From positions 2,141,599 through 2,205,598 of the forward strand of contig MU058584.1 of NCBI GenBank assembly GCA_013265495.1: a stretch of 64,000 bases of DNA. The letters are read 5' to 3'. The stretch comes from Vicugna vicugna. Lineage: Eukaryota. The position numbers and the translations under genes were made by a program. Below, one piece after another: positions 1-11,290 of the stretch; position 1 is the first letter of the stretch; every line of letters starts with the position of its first letter. Under the pieces are notes generated by a model. That model worked only from the letters and a program-made list of their open reading frames with translations. It was not told the DNA's origin and made no database searches.

Positions 1-1458
1 TAGAGATGACTGTCCTCGTCCGGCACATTGCTGGCGTGGGCTCACATGCACGCAGACAACGCTCACCATCCAGACACACCATTGTCTTTCTTTAAATGCC
101 CCCCTTCCTTCTCTTCTTCTCTGCACATAGCACGCCATCATCTCCGGAGGTAAGAACTGCCCCATTACACACGAGATGATCATCGCTAATGCGGTGGGTA
201 CAGACAGATAGAGACATCTAGCAGCGTGTTAATAAAAAGGCCTGGTGAGGAATAGAAAAGTGTCGCCCCCAGGTAATTCTAATAGACTGCCTGCAGTTTG
301 CTCTAACCAGGACTGGAGAGGGGGTGGGATAAGGAATCGGGGAGAGAGGGTGCACCCATGTGTTAGGTCAGAGGAAAGATTTCTGTGCCTGGCTTTCTTC
401 TTGTCTAGGAAATTTTAAAAGCTTCTTCTGCTTAGGCAAAAGCAGAGCCTTGCCAGGGTTCCGTTCCCTCCAAGCTGGGAAGGATGCAGTGGATCTCACC
501 TGCATCCCCAAGCAGCCATCTAAACGCCAAAGCCAGTGAGTTTCTGAGGCTTTCTTTGGGCTGTGTCTCTCTGCCTCTTCCTTGTGCGTTATGTCATCCC
601 TCTTTGCCTTTGTCTGTGTCTCTCTCCATGTCTCTGTGGCTTGGCATTGGTGCCTGGCTGGTCCCCACTTCTCTGTGTTTCTTGGTTTCCGCCAAGCCTG
701 CCTCACGCCTTTCATTACCACGTTAACAAACTCGAGTCGTGCCCAGCGAGGACGCCTCATACGTTATGCTAATGATCAAGAGACATGTTAATGATATTTT
801 AGAAGCCTAATTAGTGGAATATATAACTATATGCAATTTGGTAATGGACTGTGACAACAAGTTGTTAAAAGGGGGCTTGACAAATCCAGTTGCGTGTGGC
901 CTGAGACAAACAGGAGCTGAGAATGGATGGGTGGAGATCAGATGGGGAGAGAGGGGGCTGGAGGTGGCAATGCCGTGTGTCCGTTGAAGTGGGGGTCGGT
1001 CTTTCTTACGGCTTGTTGCTTTCCTGTCATCCTTCCATCGTCCTTAACCCACAGGGCAAACTGGATGAGAAGAATTGTTTATTAATATTTCTTAAGCAAT
1101 TGCTTACTCTTGTCATTGATCATACACACGTATCTTTGTTAGAAGTGTTATTTTGATTATGTTATTCTCCGCCACATCCTTACTTGCCTTGTGTAATAGT
1201 AGATACGTATACACAGAAGATAGAAGGTAGGTTCTAGTACCAAAGAGAAACTTTATTGTGTTATAAACTAGCGATTGAGACCCTATAAACTGGGAAATTA
1301 TCTGTCTTGTGTCTATCAACGTCTTGGTAGTGTTGGTAGGAGCGAAGAAAGGAGTGGTGTGTGTAAAATCATTCAGCTGTTTGAATGTCGTTATCTGTCA
1401 ATGAAAGAATCGGTTAGAGGCATATATTTCTCCAGTTGGAACCATCTTCCCCCTAGTG

Positions 1459-1813
1459 CAGTGATTCCCATTTTGTGGGCCACGGACCCTGGGGGAAGCC
1501 ATGAAGCTGTTGGAAAGGTTCGGTATATCTTTGTGGACGCCAGACGTCGTCTATGAACAGAGCAGTGCCGTGCACGCACACACAGGTGCACGTGTAGATG
1601 CACCTCCTGCAGTTCTTTCAGCGCGTGAGATGCCGTGGTGGTTAATAAAATGCACGTTCACTTAAAAAAAGCATCTTTCAGTTCCTATTGACTTCTTGTC
1701 ATGTGCGTCTTTCCTGCATCTGCAGAAGCTGAAAACACGACTGTCTCATAGCGGTCCTTGCAATTTTTTATTAAAAAGGGAGACTGTACGTTCACAAAGT
1801 GTGGGAACCTTTG
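1459..1813. mobile_element. Non-autonomous hAT-Charlie-like DNA transposon relic
   Basis: Imperfect terminal inverted repeats CAGTGATTCCCATTTTGTG ... CACAAAGTGTGGGAACCTTTG resembling Charlie-type CAGTGGTTCCCAA ends. CCTAG lies on both flanks, as expected for hAT targets. Subfamily not determined. Confidence 0.5.
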
Positions 1814-3323
1814 CCTAGCCTGGTGTCATCAGTGTAAAAATTGAAGCAAATAACTTTTACTTTTGACAACTATTTTAATTCTAGAAAATATGTTTGTGAA
1901 AATTGGCTTAAGTGTTGCCTGCTTCTCCAGTAACTATTACAAATTTGGGACTATATTTCCATAGGGTAGAAATTTCCCCTTAGTCAGAATTGACCTGTTT
2001 TCCTACAGAATGTGTGACGTCATGGCCCACCACCCAGACTGGAGCACTGTGGTGTACAGGCGGCGCTAGCTTATGGGAACGTGGGTTCCAGAAACTTAAC
2101 TCTCTTTATTTTTCGCCCAGGGTGAAAATGCCCAGGAGAGGCAGGCTTGCAGTACCACACTCCACCACTAGGGAAAGCGTTCAGAACCATACAGTCAAGT
2201 TTGCAGCTTCTTGATGGACCAGGACAGTCACAGAGACCAAGACAGTTAGAGTCCTGGGCATCAGTTCCATACCCATGAAATGCATTTTCTCAGGTTATTG
2301 GCAGTGAGGTGTAACTGTAGTTTTTCCCTCGCTGTGCTTCCCAAGGCAATATGCCCTGTTACTGCTGAGGAAGGGAGAAGGGTGTAGATTTCTTTGTTGG
2401 GTCTTCATTATTTACTGAGCATCACCTCTGTGTCTGACACAGTGCTAAGTACTTTTCATTACTCACCGGCTCAAGCTTCACCATGTGATCTCCCTCTGGG
2501 CTGGGACTAGGACACGGGCTTGGGGACAGAACAGCCTGCCACTGGGGTGCGTAGGTTAGTTCTCGAGGTTCTCTTCCTTTGCCTTGCTCCGTGTCACCTT
2601 AAAGGATTGACTGTAAAAAAGAAAGACGGAAAAACGTGTATCACGCCTCTTATTTCATCATGCCCTCTTGACATCCAAGACACTGAGTCTTCTGAATTCA
2701 GACACTACCCATTGTCATGCTTGTGATAAACGCTTGCCGGTGAGAGGACTTGTCTTTTAAAGAGGGGTGGTGATTGTCTTTGTAGAAATGTGCAAAGAAG
2801 ATCTGCCTGGAATCCCTTTCTGAATGCAGTGAGTCAAAAATGCTGTGTGGTTTTGGAACTCTGAGAAACTTGTGTTCTTTTTTTTCTCTCGTGTTCTGTC
2901 TTCTCTCCTTCTTTGACTGTCCCCAGCATTGAGACTTTAGAGGCGTGGATTCCCATCTTTGAAACCCTGATGCCCTAACTGTCAGGTTGCCAATACCCAG
3001 GTAACCTTTCACATTTCACTACTTCAGCATCCTCATGCCTCAGGTGAGCAGCGCCCTGGGCTTCTTCCTTCTCTGTGTCCTCTACATTTTTATTGATAAA
3101 GCGCTGGAGGGAGAATATGCATGAGCTCGGGATTCTGTTATTGCGGCTGATACTTGTTTCCAGTTAAAAATGAGAACTAATTTTAGGGAGGGAGATGGAA
3201 AAGGAAAAAGTTTATAAGTGAGCCAGTGGAAAAAGCACATTCATTATCAGTGTCTTTCTCACTGAGTCGTTTGAAGCTGGGAAAATTAGCAACTGCTTTG
3301 AAGCTCAGAAGATCTTTCATCTT

Positions 3324-3328
3324 TGTGT

Positions 3329-3359
<31 letters not shown>
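3324..3359. repeat. (TG)n microsatellite, one interruption
   Basis: tgtgtgtgtgagtgtgtgtg... read directly. Confidence 0.95.
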
Positions 3360-4525
3360 CGCGTAACATTAAGCTGAGATTCTTTTTCTTGCCACTTATT
3401 TGGTTTTTCTGCTAATAATGAAATTATAATGAGATCCCTGATGGGATTTTAAAAAAAAAGGAAAAACACCTCACATGAATTATCCGTTTCCCCCTCACTC
3501 TCCTGCCTTTCTATAAAATCTATTCTGCATAATAGGTCTTTGTCTCTGGATTTGAGACAGAACTGAAGGAGGCCAGAAGTTGGAGGTGCCCCCAGTGTTC
3601 TTTCTAGGGACCAGGATGCAAGGGTCTGTTGGGTAGAGAATGCTCTCTTTTCTTCCACCTCCCAGACCTGCTCCTCCCTGGACCCAGTCACCCCTATTCT
3701 AAACGCCTCCAACTTTGAGGAAAGGATGAAGGCAAGTATTAGATGTTTTTGCAGGCTGGATGTTCAGTTAATCTGAAGTGCACATAGTCCTTACCCCGCC
3801 CCTTTGAACCCTGAGAATTCCTGACTTGGTCTTGTGTGGAGGGATGGAATATCTGTCTTGATTGGGAGAAGCAGGGTGTTTTGAAACCCTGGGAAAACCT
3901 TGGAGAGGATTGAACATTTCTGGTAGCAGGTTTCTCTCCCGTCACCTCCAGTTCCTGTCTTCTTGTTCTTCATCAGCAGGGCTTTGGCAAAAGCCATTGA
4001 TTGAAGAGGGCTCATTGCCCTAGCTGAGTGCTCTTCGTCCAGGCCTGGGTTTCTCCATGTGGGTGAATAGATGGAACCCTTGGTCGAATGAATCGATGTA
4101 CAGACTGTTCAAGACAGACACACGCTTGTCTAATTTCCAAATTTCTGTCTGTAGGAAAGGCAATGTTGTGGTCTATTCCAATGAACAGTTTAAGCCTTGG
4201 CAACTCTCTCCATAATTCAGCCTAAATCTTTTCTGCCTCGGTATTTTGGCTTAAGCTGGAGACAGCCAGCTGTTGTATCTTAGTACTCTAGAAGAATGAG
4301 GTATCAAAATGGGTGGGATGAGTATGTCTTGTCTCTCGCTGTGGTTTGTTCAAAGGCTATTTCCTGAATCTCCCATGTTTAGGTTTTTTTCTGATCAGCA
4401 CTAATGGCCAGTTTCAGGACCTCACTCCCACTCCTGTCTTAGGGTCCCCCTCTCTTTCTTCCTTCTCACCATAAAACAGGTATAATAAAGCTGGGGAATC
4501 TTTACAGTTGGTGATTTTATATCAT

Positions 4526-4541
4526 AGATCAAAGATCAAAG
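4526..4541 (+). promoter_or_regulatory. Two overlapping TCF/LEF consensus sites
   Basis: AGATCAAAGATCAAAG contains AGATCAAAG at 4526-4534 and 4533-4541. Motif match only. Confidence 0.4.
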
Positions 4542-6625
4542 CAGAGGAATACACAGCAACCGTAAAATTAACTGCTTTTTCAATTTTACAATGCTTTCAG
4601 TGATAGAGAATCTTATAAATTTAATATTAATTAAACACTTAGCTTTTAACCTCCTCCTGCATCTACTTTTGGCTGGTCGCTGGGAAAAATTAATTGGGCA
4701 TCTTAAATCTTGTGTTACTATACGCCTTGACAGGAGGGGTTTCAAAAGCACTTATAACTTCAGCAAAATGCACTTGGAGCATTTGTCCTTCTCCTCACCT
4801 AATTGAAAATGCTCCCCCCAACCCTTTTTTTTTCCTAACGTAAAATGAACCATTTGCTAATTTTCTTTTTTAAGCAAGTATAACTTACAGTCCCTTTCCA
4901 TAGCCTAAGCTTTAATTCAGCCCCTTGTCAGGTTTAACACCTCACAAAGTGGAAGCCATTGGACTTCCGTGATTATAAATGTGCTATTGATTTTGGAATG
5001 CACTGGGACAGATGTGTGGGTGGCATTTGCTCAGCCTGATCATTGTGTCCCCTGCAGCTTCTGTGTGTTCAGTTCCGCGAGAGTTGCCTCCTGCCTCAGC
5101 GAGCCTGGTAGGAGGCAGGGCTCACCTTGGCCATGGTGAGCCCATGTGGTGGCTCGGAGGCTGTGGTACCCGAGCATAGAGCCTCAGCAGCATGACAGGA
5201 GAGTCAGAATAGCAGAGACAGGAAGGAATATTCCCCTTGAAGAGCATCCCAAGAGATAGGAAGCCAATGTGATGGACGAGGTGAAAACAAGGGAAGCCTA
5301 GGTGGATCATGTTTTCTGAGCTCCCGAAGGGACTGAACTTGGCCCTTGCTTGGGGGATGGATAGCACTCTCTCTTTAATAGCCAGGCAGGCGTCCGTGTC
5401 TGTGCTTGAGAAGTGGCTCCGTAGATATAATAATAATTGGTAACTCCATTGCTTCCCTGTAGTACTTTGTTCTCCAGTGAGTGTGGAGAACTTTCATCCA
5501 TGTCACCTCATTTTTTCCTCACATATCACTGTGAAATCCTTAGAGGTGGGCAAGATCCGGCCTCTGAGTTTCACCAGGCTGGTCTCCTGCTGGGGCCATG
5601 CACTTGAACCTCATAGCTGGGAGTAATAGAACCCGGGCCCCAAGAAGGCCTCTTTCTGTTCCTGTTTTAGGTTCGGGTGACTGAGAAGTAGTCCATCGAT
5701 GGCTTTTGGGCATGCCTGTTCTTAGCAAAGTGCGCTGTGGAATTCCCCTGGTTCATGTGCACCTCTTTGAGAAAACTCAAAGAAAACTAAATTTGGTGGA
5801 AAAAATTTAAAGAGTCATCATTCACTTTACAAAAGTGTTTTGAGACGTCTACTGTAAAGTGGCTTGCTTCAGGTTTGCTTTAAATCGCCAAGTCTTCTAC
5901 TCTTCTACCTTCTAATGAGATTATGAATCAGCTTATAACCAATGCTCCTGGAGCATATTTTTTTGGATAAGTTCCGGGATGTAGACTCGCAGCACAGCCG
6001 TCTCTAGTCTTCTGCGCTGAGCTGCAGTGTTCCTCGCTCTCCAGGTCCCCGACAGTCACCTTGACAATCCCTGATGGCAGTAGACAACGTTTAATCCAAC
6101 TGTGAAATAATAAATTAGTTCTGGAGTCCCCAGTAGAACTGGGATCCCTAGCTTTACGCACCTGGCTGGTCTGCACTCCCTGTGAAGCCATCGCTGTTTC
6201 TTCTCACTGCAGCTGAGTTTTCTGAACCTTTTAAGAACTGAATTGATGGGATGTGGAATTTGATAGCCGATAAATTAAGGATATTGGGAAATTTAACGAC
6301 TCTATTAGAAGACGGCATTTCCGGAATCAGTCGCAACATTTGCTTGTGTGTCTGTGTGTGTATCTGCAGAAATCCTTTATATATGTATCGCTCTGTTTTT
6401 CTATCTATCTAGATCTATATGATATGTGGGGTGCTATAAAATTTTTAGTGCCTTAGTTTGGGTTGACCGCCTTATTACTCACGAGTGAGCTATACGGGTC
6501 TTCCTTAACAAGTGGCAGTAAAGGCTTTACAGCACCCCTTACACCGTCACATATTTTTGTTTAGGCCACATATTGTCTTTTTCTTTTTAAGTCTCCCTTT
6601 GCTCATGTCCCTCTCAAGTACCTTT

Positions 6626-6639
6626 GTTGCCATGGCAAC
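6626..6639. promoter_or_regulatory. Perfect palindromic RFX X-box
   Basis: GTTGCCATGGCAAC, a 14-bp palindrome identical to the canonical RFX consensus. Confidence 0.6.
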
Positions 6640-6745
6640 CGTTCCATCATTGCTTAGGGTGGAGCGGACTGATATCCGTCCTGCAAGTTTCTTTAAGTCA
6701 GTGCTTGCTCGGCTGACCTCCAACCCCCAGCCGGGGCCAGGGCTG

Positions 6746-6795
6746 GGGCCCTTCACCTGGTCACCTCGGGCCCTTCGCCTGGTCACCTCGGGCCC
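6746..6795. repeat. 22-bp tandem duplication (2.3 copies)
   Basis: GGGCCCTTCACCTGGTCACCTC / GGGCCCTTCGCCTGGTCACCTC / GGGCCC, one mismatch. Confidence 0.95.
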
Positions 6796-8261
6796 CTTTT
6801 TCCTTTTCCTGAATCTCTGTTTATTCGACTGCTGTGGCCAGCCCTACGTTAATCATTCTCCATGTCTCTGCGGAACTGTCCTCTACGGAATGTGAAGAGG
6901 CTGACAGTCATGATCTAAAAATCAAAAAAAGAGAAAGTTAACCTTGAGCATTTTGAGTTAAATATGGGGCTGGTTGGCTACATAGGAAATGTACGTGGGA
7001 AATGTGGCCAGGCCGAGGGGGAAGAAAGCCGTCTGCCTATCAGAGCCCGCACTGTTTCTGCAGGTTGCCATGTACAGTTTTAGGTCCTTTCTCTCTGTCT
7101 CTGAGGTTTTCCCCCTTCCAGAAGACCTTCCCTTTCCTTGCCTTATGGACTGTTAGTGTTGGAAAGGAGCCACAGAATTGAGTCCAACCCACTCACTACA
7201 TTTTCGAGGAAACTGAGGTGCGAAAGGTGCTGAGGGCGCTCAGCCTTCAGTGGTGCAGATGCAGTGAAAACCTGCGTCTCCCAGTCCCCGGCTGGACTTC
7301 AGCTTTGCCCCGATTCCTTAAATTATTCAAAACATTTTACTGTCAGGCCCGTTTCCCATCAAGCCACCGCAGCAATTCTTTTAAACGTGGGTGTAGCTGT
7401 TGTAGAGAGATCGTTTGGCAAAAGTAGACAGGTGGTGAGGCTGTTCCCTCCAAATTTCTCAATTCTTTTTCCAGCGAGAAGGTTGTCTTGCCAACTCCTT
7501 GATTAAAGGTAGTGGTTCCTGTAATCTGTTATCTCACCCACATTTGGGATGCTTGTATGTGTGACTACATTTATTTATATATTTTATATGGGCAATATTT
7601 TGACTGTTTCTTTTTTGAAAGACAGAGTGAATGAGTATGCCAAAAATCACAGATGATACGAAAAATGCTATCAGTTAAAAAAAAAACACAACAACACTTT
7701 TTCAGGAAGGTGACTCAAACAACCTGAAAACGATACAAATTGGTCCTAATGTCATTTTATGAAGTCATTAGAAGAGGTGGAGCTTGTGATCAGTGTGGAG
7801 AGACTTCTGGAATACTACATGGCTGACTGTTAGTGGTTCTTATTAGGGAAAAGAATTCAGATCTGAGAGTCTTTTGGCATAGAAAGGAAGATTTGTTTAA
7901 TCCCTTCTTGGGTGACGTGAAAAAGAATCCTGAATGTATTTTTCTTTTCTGAGTCTCTTAAGTCTGAGTGAGGTATTTTACACGCCCGGGTAATGTGGTA
8001 TTTTAGGAGAAAAGTCATGTTCACCTGGGCTTTCTGACCTGTAGGCATGGTGCTCATATACTTAAATATGCAGTTTTCATAAATAGGCTGCCTGTGGCAA
8101 CTAGTGATTTTCCGTTGGTGCATCTATCAATCAGGACACATTCTAATATTCCATTTGGTATCATTTTTCTGTTTCCCAAATACTAGGGAAAAGGAAAAGC
8201 TAATATTCACTAGGATCCTATCAAGCAGATGAAATGAGATAATCTACAGAAAGTACATTGA

Positions 8262-8410
8262 ATGACCCTGAGTTAGTATGTCCATTTAACAGATGAGGAA
8301 ACTGAGCCCTAGAGAGATTAAATCAGTTGCCCAATCTCCTGTGACTAGTAAGTGACAAAACTCAGGTTTCTCTGCTTTCAAAGCCTACATTCTTTTCTCT
8401 CAATCACATT
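8262..8410 (-). mobile_element. MIR SINE fragment
   Basis: Core ccatttaacagatgaggaaactgagccctagagagattaaatcagttgcccaa (reverse complement of the MIR core). Confidence 0.85.
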
Positions 8411-9149
8411 GCCCCCACTAGATCCTTGGCAGTTACTGTCTTGTGCAAATTTTTAGATCTTTGCTTTTATCATGTGCTGAATTCCTTCCTCCCCAACTCA
8501 TAGTGGAACAAGAATGGCAAGTATTTGGCATCATCACACAAAAGCCCGAGAGTCAGCAAGTCTCTCCTTCCTGTGAAGCCACCTTGTCGGCTCCAACAGG
8601 TTTCCAAATAGTGTGATGCCACTGACAGTGGATTATGAAAGCAGCACATGAGGTTCATGAGGGAGATGCAGGGACCTGGCAGAAATTAGGGGGTGGGGAG
8701 GTAAGAAAGGAAGAAGCAATATATTAACTTTACTAACACATAGAGTTGCTTATTCTTTTTCTTCCAGGTTAATGTACATAACTAAACCACACTTTTTTTT
8801 TAAAAGACACTTTTTAAAAGCCTCCATCTGGCTTAGGTCGTAGATGAAAGTCCCAGTTAAAATGAAACAAATAATTTCATAAACACAGTGGGGGAGATTT
8901 TTTTTTTTCTCTACAGTGTTCAGGGTACTTTCTGAACAAATTTTAATGTAAATGCCTTTGGATGTAAACAGCATAGAAAAGCTAGAAACCATAGTTTTCA
9001 GATTCATGTAAGAAAATCATGGGCTCTGGAGGCGGAGGACAAAAAATTGAGAGAGGAAAGGAAAAGCTATCACTTGATGTTGACCCTTTTACTGAGATAA
9101 GGTGCAAAACAGAAATATTCCTCATAGAGAGTGACAAGTCCACTTACTT

Positions 9150-9260
9150 AATTCATTACTTATTTTACTTATTGGAGAAGCTGCTTATTAGCCTCTGGGC
9201 ATATTGACAAGTGTGATAGAGAAAAGGCAGTCCCTGCCATCACAGTTTACAATCCACAAT
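9150..9260 (-). mobile_element. L2 LINE 3' fragment (degraded)
   Basis: attcattacttattt...aggcagtccctgccatcacagtttacaatc resembles the reverse-complemented L2 3' end. Confidence 0.5.
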
Positions 9261-10461
9261 AGATAATATACAAACAGGACGCGGTGTTTTTGCAGACAGA
9301 CACTTGCATCAGATACCCTTTAAACGCACAAGAGGAAAGCAGTGAACGTGCACGTGAAGTCACTAGGGTAAATCAACTTCTGTAGTGAAAGAAGGCAAAT
9401 AGTACACGTCAAGGAACTGGAAACGAGTCTGAGCCACGTTTGACCGTTCTCCACAGTTAACGACATTATTCTGGGAGCCAGTGTGACTGCAGCGGAGTCA
9501 GGGACTGGGCGCGCCGTGTCGAGACTCGCTGCTTCCCTACGTTGAGGCTGGGCAACACGCAGCAACAGCCCTCACCTTCATGGGCCGTCAGCCGGGGAGA
9601 GGCAAACGGGAGACTTGGCGTCAGCCACAAATCACGGCCCGTTGTTGGATTCCGTCTGACCCTTAGCATCGTTTTATCTGAGTCCTCTCGGATTTAATGT
9701 GATTCCCTTCACGCCACCCTTCCCTCTGGACAAATACTGATATTGTTATCATGGTCATCATGATGACTTGGGGCCTACCTAATACCCTTCTGCCTCCAAA
9801 CCACAGGACCTTGCCATGGCCCGGGCGTTCAGAGCCATCGCAGCGCCTCGTTGACCCGGCTGTACTGGAGCTGAAGCTACACAGAAGGGAAGCCTCCTTT
9901 AGTGCCCCGCCTGCCCTTGCCCCCCCCACCCTTTGTCTTCATTGGGGCTTTTTTAACCCCCTGTGGTGCTGCCCCTTCTCCCAAGGAATTACAATCCCCA
10001 ATATCCTGGTTTCAGAGGGCGGTAGGGAAGAAGTTGGGCTCCAGTTCGGAGAGGTGAGACCTGTGCACCTGTGCTCAGGTTCACAGCAGGCTTTCCTCCT
10101 GCTGGACCCGGGAGTGGGAGAAAAGCCAAAATCTCCAACCTCCAGTGTACAGGTCTCCGTAATCCACGGGCAATTTCAGGAATTATAGACGTCCTCTCGG
10201 TGTAGGATGGGCAGAATGCCCGCCAGGGGTTCGATGCTGCTCAAGCCCTGTGTTTGGGTTTTTTCTCTACCCATTGCTTTATATCAACCCCTCAGATACA
10301 CTTATAACGAGGCTTTTCTAATGATGAGGAGACAGGGAAGAATCAGTGGTGTGGACACATTAGCCACACAGGATGTGTGTGGTCTAGAGAACGTGTAACC
10401 GTGAACTTACGGTTGCTCTCCACCAGCCTGATGGTGGTGGGAAGGTGAAAATGGGGGAAGT

Positions 10462-10599
10462 GGGGAGGGCATGGCTCAGTGGTAGAGTGTGTGCCTAGCA
10501 TGCACAAGGTCCTGGGTTCAATCCCTTGTACTTCCACTAAAAATAAAGAAATAAAAACCTAATGCCCTCTCTCCTCTCAAAGAAACAAACAAACAAAAA
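10462..10599 (+). mobile_element. tRNA-Ala-derived camelid-type SINE (long-tail form)
   Basis: GGGGAGGGCATGGCTCAGTGGTAGAG (A box)...GGTTCAATCC (B box)...A-rich linker, aaacctaatgccctctc tail, A-rich end. Confidence 0.9.
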
Positions 10600-11064
10600 T
10601 GGAGGCGGAAAATGATGTTATTAAGGATGGCTCTGGGAATGACCTAAAAGGTGGAAAATTGATTTTATGGTGCTTGGACCCTAAATCTGCTCATACAGGG
10701 TGAAGAACTAGAAGAAACTTTAGAAATCCCCAGCCGCTTTGTTTTACAGAGAAGAACACCCAGAGTGGGTATTAACTCATACAGTTAGTTACAACTGGGA
10801 CTCAGAACCAGTTTTTCCTGGTGTCAGTTCCACAGTACCACACCCTCAGTGTAGAATGTCCACAAATGAATGGCGTTGACTTTTTCTTGCTTTTCAGAGC
10901 CACCTCTCTCTCTCCCTTTATATTATTCATGCTCACATCATTTCCTATTACTAGTGTTTTCATTGCTGGGACCATTTGGCTATCATTCAAGGATCCCCCG
11001 CTTGGGTTGTTTCTTGAGTCTGGTAGAATTTGAATGGAATTGATGGAGTTCGTGATCACCTAGG

Positions 11065-11290
11065 AGGTGAGAGCAGGGCTCTGGCTCTGACTGCCAGGGT
11101 TCGAATCCCAGCTCTCCCATTTACATGCTGGGTGACATGGGCGTGTTATTGGACCCCTTTGCCTCAGCATCCTAATCCGTTTAATAGGAAGAATGACAGA
11201 AGTATCTGCTTCGTAAGTCTCTCCGCCACAGGTAATATAGCCAAAGCCAATGAAACAGTGCCTGGCGCATGTTAAGCCTCATAGTACGTT
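11065..11290 (+). mobile_element. Near full-length MIR SINE
   Basis: gagagcagggctctgg...gggttcgaatcccagctct...gcctcag...acagtgcctggcgcat follows the MIR consensus from head to tail. Confidence 0.9.

Noticed and set aside
10462..10537. tRNA-Ala-like sequences (also at 19180-19257, 38061, 48863, 54135, 59235)
   Set aside because: They have A-rich tails, TSDs and mismatched stems, so they are SINE heads rather than tRNA genes.
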